This document shows, in pieces, positions 16,371-24,098 of a stretch of DNA of 24,098 bases. The stretch's first letter is position 1. Each line of letters begins with the position of its first letter. The stretch is from Gemmatimonadota bacterium (GTDB lineage: Bacteria; Gemmatimonadota; Gemmatimonadetes; Palauibacterales; KS3-K002): the NCBI GenBank assembly GCA_039586795.1, contig JBDHJS010000065.1, positions 1 through 24,098 on the forward strand, given 5' to 3'. A program made the translations under genes and the position numbers. A model generated the notes under the pieces. It was not told where the DNA came from. It searched no databases and was given only the letters and a program-made list of their open reading frames with translations.

Positions 16371-17810
16371 ATGACCAACACAACCCACGAAGCCTACGAC
16401 GTGGTAGTGATAGGCGCTGGCGCCGCTGGCCTCGTCACCGCCATCGGCTCGGCGGCCCTTGGAGCACGGGCCGCCCTGATAGAAAAGGACCGCTTCGGCG
16501 GCGAATGCTTGTGGACCGGGTGCGTCCCGAGCAAGGCGCTCATCCGTTCCGCGCAGACCCTCCACGATGCGCGGAACGCGGACGCTTTGGGACTCTCATC
16601 AACCCAGATCGATTTCGAATTCTCCAACGTCATGCGCAGCATGCGCGACGTCATCAAGCGCATCGAGCCACACGATGACCCCGTGACGATAAGGAAGAAG
16701 GGCGCCGAGCCCATCCACGGATCAGCCCGCATTCTCGCCTCCGGCCGCGTGGCGGTCGATGATGATGAGCTGGTCGCTCGGCACGTCGTCATCGCAACGG
16801 GTTCGCGCCCGATCGTTCCGCCCATCCGCGATCTCGAGCAGACGGGCTACCTCACCCACGAGTCCGCCCTGGAGCTCGAAGAGCAACCCAAGCGGCTCCT
16901 GATTCTCGGGGCCGGACCCATCGGCCTCGAGTTCGCCCAGATCTTCAGCCGCCTCGGAACTGAGGTCACGGTCATCGAGCTCTTCGATACCATCCTGCCT
17001 CGCGAAGACGCCGAAGCGACCGCCACGCTGCGGGAGATCCTGCAAGCGGAAGGCATTCGCTTCCTCCTCGGCCACAAAGCGATCGCGGCCGAAATTTCCA
17101 ACTCGGAAAAACGGCTCGTCGTTCGCAGACCTGACGGATCCGAGGAGCGCGTCAGCGGCGATCAGATCCTAGTCGCCACCGGCGTGCGACCCAACACCAG
17201 CTCTCTCGGTCTCGAGAACGCCGGCGTCGAGCTCGATCCCCGCGGCGCCGTACTCGTCGACTCCAAGCTGCGCACCACCGCCCGCGGCATCTGGGCTGCC
17301 GGAGACGTCACCGGCGCGCTGCTATTCACCCACGTCGCCGATTACCAGGCCCGCCTCGTCATCCGCAACATGTTCTTCCCCTTCCCCGCCAGCGCCGACT
17401 ACCGCCTCGTGCCACGCGCCGTCTACACCGACCCCGCCATCGCCCGCGTCGGCCTCACCGAGGAAGAAGCTCGCACTCACCACGGCGACCGCATCGCAGT
17501 CCACCGCTACCCGCTGGACGATTTCGATCGGGCGATCACCGATCGCGCCGCCTACGGCCTCGTCAAGCTCATCACCGATAGGCGCGGCCGCATCATCGGC
17601 GGTCATATTGTAGGAAGCCACGCCGACTCCCTCATCCACGAGATCGCACTCGCCATGAAGGCCGGCGTGAAGATTGGTGGCTTATCACAGATGGTGCACG
17701 CCTATCCCACCTGGTCGGAGGGGATCCGGCGCACGGCGGATGGCTACTATCGCGAAAAGTTCGCAGGCAGTCGGTTGAAAGGGTTGGTTAGGTGGTGGAT
17801 CCGTCGGTAA
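16371..17810 (+). CDS. FAD-dependent pyridine nucleotide-disulfide oxidoreductase (dihydrolipoamide dehydrogenase/mercuric-reductase-like family)
   Basis: VIGAGAAG (FAD), GGECLWTGCVPSK (redox disulfide), GAGPIGLE (NAD), WAAGD and HAYPTWSE dimerisation motif; start taken at ATG 16371. Confidence 0.9.
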   Translation: MTNTTHEAYDVVVIGAGAAGLVTAIGSAALGARAALIEKDRFGGECLWTGCVPSKALIRSAQTLHDARNADALGLSSTQIDFEFSNVMRSMRDVIKRIEPHDDPVTIRKKGAEPIHGSARILASGRVAVDDDELVARHVVIATGSRPIVPPIRDLEQTGYLTHESALELEEQPKRLLILGAGPIGLEFAQIFSRLGTEVTVIELFDTILPREDAEATATLREILQAEGIRFLLGHKAIAAEISNSEKRLVVRRPDGSEERVSGDQILVATGVRPNTSSLGLENAGVELDPRGAVLVDSKLRTTARGIWAAGDVTGALLFTHVADYQARLVIRNMFFPFPASADYRLVPRAVYTDPAIARVGLTEEEARTHHGDRIAVHRYPLDDFDRAITDRAAYGLVKLITDRRGRIIGGHIVGSHADSLIHEIALAMKAGVKIGGLSQMVHAYPTWSEGIRRTADGYYREKFAGSRLKGLVRWWIRR

Positions 17811-17822
17811 CTGCGTCGATTA

Positions 17823-17886
17823 CGATCACGAACACGAGCAAGAGCACACGTTGGCCGCATCCTGCTCACGCTCTTGATCGTGATCG
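17823..17886. repeat. 24-bp imperfect inverted repeat built from hexamer units; likely bidirectional terminator or REP-like element
   Basis: CGATCACGAACACGAGCAAGAGCA (17823-17846) pairs 20/24 with TGCTCACGCTCTTGATCGTGATCG (17863-17886); 16-nt loop; lies between convergent genes. Confidence 0.75.
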
Positions 17887-17889
17887 GCC

Positions 17890-18186
17890 TCAAAACCCCA
17901 GTATCTCACGATACTCCGGATTAATCCGATCCGGCGACCAATAAGGCTCCCAAACCAACTCGATATTCGCCTCTTCAACTTCCTCCAACTCCATCAAAAC
18001 CAACTTCGCCCCACCCAACAACTGCGGACCCACCGGACAACCCGGACTCGTCAACGTCATTTTCACGTTGACCGTACTCCCCTCAACATCGATATCGTAC
18101 ACCAGCCCAAGATCCACGATGTTTAACCCCACCTCGGGATCCTCGATCCGCTTTAGCGCTTCGCGAGCCTGCTCTTCCGTAACCAT
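17890..18186 (-). CDS. DUF59 / metal-sulfur cluster assembly factor (SufT/PaaD-like)
   Basis: DPEVGLNIVDLGLVY, MTLTSPGCP and WEPYWSPDRI; GGAG RBS upstream. Confidence 0.92.
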   Translation of the reverse strand: MVTEEQAREALKRIEDPEVGLNIVDLGLVYDIDVEGSTVNVKMTLTSPGCPVGPQLLGGAKLVLMELEEVEEANIELVWEPYWSPDRINPEYREILGF

Positions 18187-18239
18187 CGCACTCCCACTCC
18201 GAGAAATTGCCGTTGAGATCTGACTTGATAACGCAGAAG

Positions 18240-18268
18240 AACCTATCTGTGCTCCCGGACCGCATCAA
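18240..18268 (-). promoter_or_regulatory. Putative sigma-70 promoter for the DUF59 gene, TTGATG-N17-TAGGTT
   Basis: Minus strand TTGATG (18268-18263), 17-nt spacer, TAGGTT (18245-18240). Confidence 0.5.
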
Positions 18269-18287
18269 CTCCGCGGCCAAATCGGCC

Positions 18288-18316
18288 TTGTGGCCGCTCT
18301 GTCAGCCGAGTAGAGT
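18288..18316 (+). promoter_or_regulatory. Putative sigma-70 promoter giving a leaderless hydrolase mRNA, TTGTGG-N17-TAGAGT
   Basis: TTGTGG 18288-18293, 17-nt spacer, TAGAGT 18311-18316, then 6 nt to ATG 18323; no Shine-Dalgarno sequence. Confidence 0.55.
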
Positions 18317-18322
18317 TGTTCG

Positions 18323-19138
18323 ATGCCGACGATGACCGTCGATCAAGACCGCGTGGATCTCCATTACCACGATGCCGGTTCGGGCCAGCCGACCGTCGTG
18401 CTCATCCATGGCTTCCCGTTCAATTCCTGGCAATGGCGACCCCAGCTGGAGACACTGACCGACCGTTGCCGCTTGATCGTCCCCAACCTGCGCGGATTCG
18501 GCTCATCTTCTCTTTCGCCACAGCCCTACACAATAGCCCGCCTCGCCGATGATATCGCCGAGCTGCTTCTCACGCTCAAGATTCGCCGCGCCGTCATCTG
18601 CGGCCTTTCGATGGGCGGGTATATAGCTTTCGAGTACTTCCGCCGACATCGCGATAGCGTCAGCGCCCTCGCCCTCGTCGACACCCGCCCTCAGCCCGAC
18701 AGCGATGAAGGGAAGCTGAACCGCGCCGGCATGGCCGAGCTTGCCCGGAATTCGGGCAGCGCTTCGGTAGCCAACATTCTGCTCCCCAAGCTCGTGGCGC
18801 CCAGAACGCGACAACAGCAGCCCGATCTGATCGACAAGCTGCGCGAGATGATGGAGTCCGCGCCGCCGCAGGCCATCGTCGACGCGTTGATGGCGATGGC
18901 GTCGCGCCAGGACTTCGTGCCACTGCTCCGCGACATCGACGTGCCGACTCTCGTACTTGTCGGGAGCGAAGACGCGATCGCTCTGCCTGCCGATACTCGG
19001 GAGTGGGCAGCGAACATCCCCGAATCGCAGCTGGCCGTGATCGCGGGCGCCGGCCATGTCTCGAACCTCGAGCAGCCTTCCGCGTTCGACGACCTGCTGA
19101 TCGGCTTCATCGACGCGCTGCCGGGGGGCGGCTCTTGA
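18323..19138 (+). CDS. Alpha/beta fold hydrolase (PcaD/enol-lactonase-like)
   Basis: IHGFP oxyanion motif, LRGFG, GLSMGG nucleophile elbow, GSED acid and AGHVS histidine. Confidence 0.92.
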   Translation: MPTMTVDQDRVDLHYHDAGSGQPTVVLIHGFPFNSWQWRPQLETLTDRCRLIVPNLRGFGSSSLSPQPYTIARLADDIAELLLTLKIRRAVICGLSMGGYIAFEYFRRHRDSVSALALVDTRPQPDSDEGKLNRAGMAELARNSGSASVANILLPKLVAPRTRQQQPDLIDKLREMMESAPPQAIVDALMAMASRQDFVPLLRDIDVPTLVLVGSEDAIALPADTREWAANIPESQLAVIAGAGHVSNLEQPSAFDDLLIGFIDALPGGGS

Positions 19139-20154
19139 GCGCCCTACGCCCACTCCTCGCCCTGGTCGCCGCCAGCCTGACGGGCATCGCGTGCGCCGGC
19201 TCACCGGAGCCGCCGGACCCGATCCCCGAGCCTACCCCGCCCCGGGTGGAACCGGCCCCCATACCGGACGACCTGATCCCGGAGCTGCCGGGTATCTGGG
19301 CCCAGGCGCCGCGCCTCCGCTGGTCGCCCCTGAGTCCAAGCGAAGGAAACTTCGCCATCCTTTTGCTAGAGCCTGAAGGCCGAAGTCTGCCGATACTCGA
19401 GGTCGCCGGCCGGGCCTCGGACCGCGCCCTCGAGTTCGCTCCCCTGAGCGGAGGCGCCTACATCGGGATGGTCGCCGCACCTCTCGGCGCCGAAACCGTG
19501 CCGGTCGATATCGAGGTCACTTTCCTCGACGGAACGAGGCTCTCGCAGATCTTGACCCTGTTGGTCATGGCTACCGATTTCCCCGCCACCCGTCTCCGCG
19601 TCGCATCGCGTTACACCAGCCCCGACTCAGCCACCCAGGAGCGGGCCGCCTACGAGCGCGCCGCCGTGCAGGCCATGCGCACGACCGTGACGCCCACTCC
19701 GTTGTGGGATGGTCCTTTCGAGTTGCCGTTGAGCGGAATCACGACCAGCCCTTTTGGTCAGCGACGACTGTTCAACAACGAGTTGCGGAGCCGTCACACC
19801 GGACTCGACATCGATGGAGATACCGGCGATCCCGTCTACGCCGCTAACTCCGGTCGCGTCGCCATGTCCGCCGACCTGTTTTACAACGGAGGCGCCGTCT
19901 TCATCGACCATGGGCTCGGACTCTACACCGGCTACTTCCACCTTTCGAAACGCGAAGTGGACCTCGGTCAGCACGTGAAGAAGGGACAGATCATTGGCCG
20001 TGTCGGCGCCACCGGCCGGGTCACCGGGCCCCACCTCCACTGGCACATGTACCTTCAGGGCTTCTCCCTCGACCCACGTTCCCTCCTCGATCCCGACTTC
20101 GCGCAGATCGTCCGCGCGCTGTCCAGGACAGCGCTCGACGCCCCCGAGCCCTGA
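19135..20154 (+). CDS. M23-family metallopeptidase (peptidoglycan endopeptidase), predicted lipoprotein
   Basis: HTGLD (HxxxD) and GPHLHW (HxH) zinc motifs. TTG 19135 overlaps the hydrolase stop (TTGA) and gives the signal LLALVAASLTGIA|C followed by a Pro-rich linker. Confidence 0.88.
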   Translation: MSALRPLLALVAASLTGIACAGSPEPPDPIPEPTPPRVEPAPIPDDLIPELPGIWAQAPRLRWSPLSPSEGNFAILLLEPEGRSLPILEVAGRASDRALEFAPLSGGAYIGMVAAPLGAETVPVDIEVTFLDGTRLSQILTLLVMATDFPATRLRVASRYTSPDSATQERAAYERAAVQAMRTTVTPTPLWDGPFELPLSGITTSPFGQRRLFNNELRSRHTGLDIDGDTGDPVYAANSGRVAMSADLFYNGGAVFIDHGLGLYTGYFHLSKREVDLGQHVKKGQIIGRVGATGRVTGPHLHWHMYLQGFSLDPRSLLDPDFAQIVRALSRTALDAPEP

Positions 20155-20195
20155 TCCCACCTTGGCACCAGCTCGCCCTTCGCTTTAGCTTCCTT

Positions 20196-20208
20196 CATTC
20201 GACAGCAA
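20196..20208 (+). promoter_or_regulatory. Candidate Ada-binding box CAT-N6-GCAA
   Basis: One mismatch from the E. coli box A/box B arrangement AAT-N6-GCAA, directly upstream of ada. Confidence 0.4.
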
Positions 20209-20249
20209 GTTTCGGATAGATCCAGCGGGCCGCTCTGCCCATCATTGGC

Positions 20250-21344
20250 GTGGGCACAGAGGCAACCACCCGCGGATTTGTGAGGATCGAGATCGTGGAA
20301 GACAGGGAACGCTGGGAGATCGTAAGCGCGCGCAACCCGGAGTACGACGACGTATTCGTCTATGCCGTCCGCTCCACCGGCATCTATTGTCGGCCTTCTT
20401 GCCCCAGCCGCCGACCCCGGCGCCAGCATGTCGCTTTCTACCACGTCCCTGAGGCCGCCGAGCGCGATGGGTTTCGGCCCTGCCAGCGCTGTCGGCCAGA
20501 GAGGACGAATGGCGGCAGCTCACAGGTCGAGCGGGTGCGCAGCGTGTGCAGGTATATCGACGAGAACCCCGCCAAATGCCCGACACTAGCCCAGCTGGCC
20601 GAGTTCGCCGGTCTCAGCCCGCACCATCTCCAGCGCACCTTCAAGGCGGTACTCGGAATCACGCCGCGCCAGTACGCTGACGCCCGCCGTCTCGATCAGT
20701 TCAAGCGCGGACTGGGGAATGGCTCGAGCATCAGCGGTGCCATGTACGAAGCTGGCTACTCATCGACCAGTCGCCTGTACGAGCGCGCTTCCGACCACTT
20801 GGGAATGACACCCGCCACTTACAAGAAGGGCGGCCGCGGCGCCCGCATGCGATTCGCCATCGCCGACTCGCCCCTCGGCCGCGTCCTTGTGGCGGCAACC
20901 CAGCGGGGCGTCAGCGCCGTCTACATCGGTGAAGACGATGATCACTTGTTGTCGGAGTTAGAACAGGAGTATCCCGCCGCAGCGATCGAGCGAGATGAAA
21001 CCGCGCTGGGCAGATGGGTCGAAGCGATATTGAACTACCTGAGCGGCAAACAGAAAGCCCTCGACTTGCCCCTCGACGTCGTGGCCACCGCCTTCCAACA
21101 AAGAGTCTGGCAACTCCTCCGCGCTATACCCTACGGCGAGACCCGCACGTATTCCGAAATGGCCCGCCAACTCGGTTCGCCCAAGGCCGCCCGCGCCGTG
21201 GGCCGCGCCTGCGCCACCAACCCCGTGTCTCTGGTCATTCCCTGCCACCGCGCCATACGCGCCGATGGCAGTCTGAGCGGATACCGCTGGGGCCTGAACA
21301 GAAAAAGGAAACTGCTGGATCGAGAAAAGCAGAACAGCGACTAA
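20250..21344 (+). CDS. ada: Bifunctional transcriptional activator / O6-methylguanine-DNA methyltransferase Ada
   Basis: Zn domain TGIYCRPSC...FRPCQRC, AraC HTH (LSPHHLQRTFK..GITP) and methyltransferase IPYGETRTY...ARAVGRAC..NP...IPCHR. Start may instead be GTG 20280. Confidence 0.95.
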   Translation: MGTEATTRGFVRIEIVEDRERWEIVSARNPEYDDVFVYAVRSTGIYCRPSCPSRRPRRQHVAFYHVPEAAERDGFRPCQRCRPERTNGGSSQVERVRSVCRYIDENPAKCPTLAQLAEFAGLSPHHLQRTFKAVLGITPRQYADARRLDQFKRGLGNGSSISGAMYEAGYSSTSRLYERASDHLGMTPATYKKGGRGARMRFAIADSPLGRVLVAATQRGVSAVYIGEDDDHLLSELEQEYPAAAIERDETALGRWVEAILNYLSGKQKALDLPLDVVATAFQQRVWQLLRAIPYGETRTYSEMARQLGSPKAARAVGRACATNPVSLVIPCHRAIRADGSLSGYRWGLNRKRKLLDREKQNSD

Positions 21345-21516
21345 AACACCCAACACCCAAAATCAGCCAAACAACACCTAACGATCCACGACCCCCGAGA
21401 ATCGTTCGACGAACATCGGCCGTCGAACGTCGATCGCCCAACAGGACTCGATCGTCGATACGCGGCTGTCGGCTGTCCGCTGTCGAAGTAGACACCGACC
21501 GTCGACCGATGAGCGT
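21345..21516. repeat. Degenerate heptamer tandem repeats in a convergent intergenic region
   Basis: AACACCC x2 (21345-21358); CGGCCGT-CGAACGT-CGATCGC (21417-21437); CGGCTGT-CGGCTGT-CCGCTGT (21463-21483); CGACCGT-CGACCGA (21496-21509). Confidence 0.6.
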
Positions 21517-21550
21517 CGCCTACTGACCGAAGACCCTCGAAAAAGAGTCC

Positions 21551-22330
21551 TCACCCACCCCCAGTAAGAATCTCCTCATACAACGCAATCGCCCGCGCAT
21601 CATCCGTCTGCCCCAACCAAAACAACGCACTCCGCACCAACTCAGGATCCTTGTTCGTCCGGACAATCCGTATCAAAACCGGCACCGCCTCATCCACCGG
21701 CATCTGCGACAACGCAAACACCGCCGCCTCCCGCACTTCTTGATCACCCTCTTCGTCGTAGATGATCTCTGCCAACCCCGCCGTCGCCGCGTCCCCCGCC
21801 GCCTGGCCGACCAGAAACAGCGCCGTGCTCCGCGTCTCCCGCGGCAGCGATTCGTCTTTCGCGATCTCCATCAGCTCCGGCCACTCGATCCCGCCGTCAG
21901 CCAGCGACGCCGCAAACAGCGCCTCCCCACCGATATCATCCTGGCTGCGCGCCACCTCGAGAAGGAAGTCCACCGCCTCACCCGCCTCGACCATGCCCAG
22001 GTCGATCGTCGATTCGCTGAGCCCACGCCAGCGCCCGCCAACATGAACGTCCAGGTCGGTCACGCGGCGATCACGGACCCGCACGACGACGCGGGCCGGC
22101 CCCGGCTCACAATCAGCTTCCCAGTCCTCATCCGGCTCCGTGATACGCCGGTGTCCCTCATCGATCATGATGTTGTGGCCATTCCCGCACACACCGGGTC
22201 GCGTCGCGAAGCTCATCCGGACCTTGCCGTCACGTACTTCGGCAACACGGTCGGCGACCGTCTGCCCCGAAAGCGGCAGGGCCGGCAACAACGTGCCGGC
22301 CCCGACGATTAATGCGATTAGGGTTCTCAT
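21551..22330 (-). CDS. Exported HEAT-repeat protein
   Basis: Signal peptide MRTLIALIVGAGTLLPALPLSG; repeats ETRSTALFLVGQ / EVREAAVFALSQ / ELVRSALFWLGQ; ATGA overlap with the upstream gene. Confidence 0.85.
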   Translation of the reverse strand: MRTLIALIVGAGTLLPALPLSGQTVADRVAEVRDGKVRMSFATRPGVCGNGHNIMIDEGHRRITEPDEDWEADCEPGPARVVVRVRDRRVTDLDVHVGGRWRGLSESTIDLGMVEAGEAVDFLLEVARSQDDIGGEALFAASLADGGIEWPELMEIAKDESLPRETRSTALFLVGQAAGDAATAGLAEIIYDEEGDQEVREAAVFALSQMPVDEAVPVLIRIVRTNKDPELVRSALFWLGQTDDARAIALYEEILTGGG

Positions 22331-23757
22331 CCCCCACCACCTTCGATTATCTCCATCAAGAATTCTTTCACCCGCGGATCGTCCTTTTGCGCCAGCCAGT
22401 AGATCATGTTGGCTCGCAGCTCGGGATCCTCTTCTTCGCGCGCCATCCGCAGCAGCACGTCCACCACATCTTCGTCGTGCCGCTGGACCAGAGCGAACCA
22501 GATCGCCTCCTTCATCTGCCGGTCTTCCACAGACTCGTAGAGATCCGCCAGCTCGCTCACCGGCAGACCCGACTGCGCCGCCCAGTACATCGCCTGTTGG
22601 CGAATCTCCGAATTCTCATTCTCGTCCATCGCGATGCCCATCATCCAGCGGGCCGTCTCCGGATCATCGTGACCGTACTGTGTAGCCAGCGTCATGAAGA
22701 TCCCTTCTTTGATCTCACGATCCTCCGTGCTCTCGTAGATCTCACGCAGGAACTGCTTCGACTCCTCCGTTCCATCGTAACCGACCCACATGATCGCCTG
22801 CGCCCGCAGCTCCATCGACACATCTTCACGCAACGCGAATTCGCGCAGCGTCTGGGTAGCACGCTCGTCCCTGTGCTGCGCCAGCGCCATCAGCGCTGCT
22901 CCCTGGATATCGTAGTCGTCCGAACCCATGAGAATCTCTTCCAGAGCACGGATCGAGGCATCGCCCGGGATGTTCATGATCCACATCACCGCCTGCGCGC
23001 GCACGTCCCGGTTGGGATCGTTCTGTGCCACGTGCAGGAATATCGGCAGATCCTCTTCAGATGAGCTTTGACTCAGAATCATCAGCGCCTGCGTTCGGAT
23101 CTCCGGGCACTCGTCCGTCCGCTCCAGCACCTTGCGTAGGATCGGCTTCGCCTGCTCCGGGTCCATGTTGATCAACCCGTGCAGCGCCGCCATCCGCACC
23201 TCATCCTCCTGCGAACAACGATCCCACTCCTCGTCCTGCCACTCGCGGTCCGTATCCTCTTCCAGCTCCACGGCACGATCGTAAACCGCTCTTGCGGCAT
23301 CTTCGTCGCCCAGCTCGGCCAGTCGAGACTGCACGCGCGCCAGCAACTGCTCCGCCTCGTAATGGGTGACCTCCGCTTCCGCATAGTCCTTCCGCAGCAC
23401 TCGCAGCGCGTCCTGCGCCGCCCGCAGATCCGTCTGCGTCCCCATCCGGTAAAGCGCGAACGCCTGGTAGTAGTACGCCTGCGCCGCATAGGACGACCGC
23501 GGATACCGGTTGTAGACCTCTTGGAACAGCCGCGCCGCGTCACGATACGCGTTCCAGTTCAGCCGCTCCCGCGCCGCCCGGTACAGTGAATCCGCCGGAT
23601 CCTGCGGGAACGCCGCGTCGTACATCGCGACCGCCTGCTCGTACTGACTTTCCGCCGTGGTGGTCACGTACGTAACCTCCTGCGCCATCGCCTGCCCGGC
23701 GGCGACGGCCACAGCGGCGATCGCGAACGCTGAAGTGATCGATTTCATCTTACGCAT
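22327..23757 (-). CDS. Exported protein with N-terminal TPR/BamD-like region and about 8 HEAT repeats
   Basis: Signal peptide ending QAMA|Q; DSLYRAARE...YPRSSYAAQAYYYQAFALYR is TPR-like; repeated xEVRxxAxxxL units. Confidence 0.87.
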   Translation of the reverse strand: MRKMKSITSAFAIAAVAVAAGQAMAQEVTYVTTTAESQYEQAVAMYDAAFPQDPADSLYRAARERLNWNAYRDAARLFQEVYNRYPRSSYAAQAYYYQAFALYRMGTQTDLRAAQDALRVLRKDYAEAEVTHYEAEQLLARVQSRLAELGDEDAARAVYDRAVELEEDTDREWQDEEWDRCSQEDEVRMAALHGLINMDPEQAKPILRKVLERTDECPEIRTQALMILSQSSSEEDLPIFLHVAQNDPNRDVRAQAVMWIMNIPGDASIRALEEILMGSDDYDIQGAALMALAQHRDERATQTLREFALREDVSMELRAQAIMWVGYDGTEESKQFLREIYESTEDREIKEGIFMTLATQYGHDDPETARWMMGIAMDENENSEIRQQAMYWAAQSGLPVSELADLYESVEDRQMKEAIWFALVQRHDEDVVDVLLRMAREEEDPELRANMIYWLAQKDDPRVKEFLMEIIEGGGG

Positions 23758-23771
23758 CTCAGCTACCCCCT

Positions 23772-24098
23772 CTATAAGCCTGTGCCGACCTGGCCGGCCG
23801 GGACGATTGTCCGCAGCCTCGGCAGCAGGCCTCGACGTTGCAATCCTTCCGTGACCAATTCGACTTCCGTGTCGCCCGTCTCCGCCGAGAGCTGCGCGAT
23901 CTGGATCAGTACCAACTCCAGGTCTTCCAGTAGCGCCCGGTAGACGGGATCCTCTGCCGCCGGCGAATCCAACAGCAGTCGCGTGCTCGCCAGCAGCGTA
24001 CCAGCATCGCGCCAGAACTCACGATCGACTGTGCCGGCTTTCGGGTTGGCGCGGAACGACGTCAGGAACGTCTCCGCTCGTGACATGTGATTCGTCGC
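23772..24098 (-). CDS. Hypothetical protein, C-terminal part only (possibly anti-sigma-like)
   Basis: Frame stays open to the window end (ATNHMSRAETFL...); helical LLEDLELVLIQIAQL segment; stop lies 14 nt before the HEAT gene start. Confidence 0.7.
   Translation of the reverse strand, partial: ATNHMSRAETFLTSFRANPKAGTVDREFWRDAGTLLASTRLLLDSPAAEDPVYRALLEDLELVLIQIAQLSAETGDTEVELVTEGLQRRGLLPRLRTIVPAGQVGTGL

Noticed and set aside
16371..17810. Mercury resistance gene merA
   Set aside because: The essential C-terminal Cys-Cys pair and all other mer genes are absent.

Overview
GC-rich bacterial chromosomal window; the gene styles suggest Gemmatimonadota, but that is inference only. No mobile element, CRISPR array, rRNA or tRNA is evident. 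From left to right it holds: (1) a 5'-truncated giant protein with at least 12 CARDB-like repeats, a BACON-like domain and a beta-lactamase-fold serine hydrolase; (2) a coupled plus-strand run of amidohydrolase, HAD phosphatase, membrane protein and PLP aminotransferase; (3) the main discovery, a minus-strand operon encoding a complete bacterial ceramide pathway (serine palmitoyltransferase, GNAT-type ceramide synthase, SDR ceramide reductase) plus an AUR1/IPC-synthase-like PAP2 phosphotransferase, followed directly by an ECF sigma factor, a zinc anti-sigma factor and a protease-less tandem-PDZ protein; (4) an orphan type IV pilin, a flavoprotein disulfide reductase, a DUF59 protein, an alpha/beta hydrolase, an M23 lipoprotein and ada; (5) a 5'-truncated cluster of exported HEAT-repeat proteins. 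Several promoters, intrinsic terminators and short-period (6/7-mer) intergenic repeats can be read directly. All product calls come from motif recognition by eye; no database search was run.
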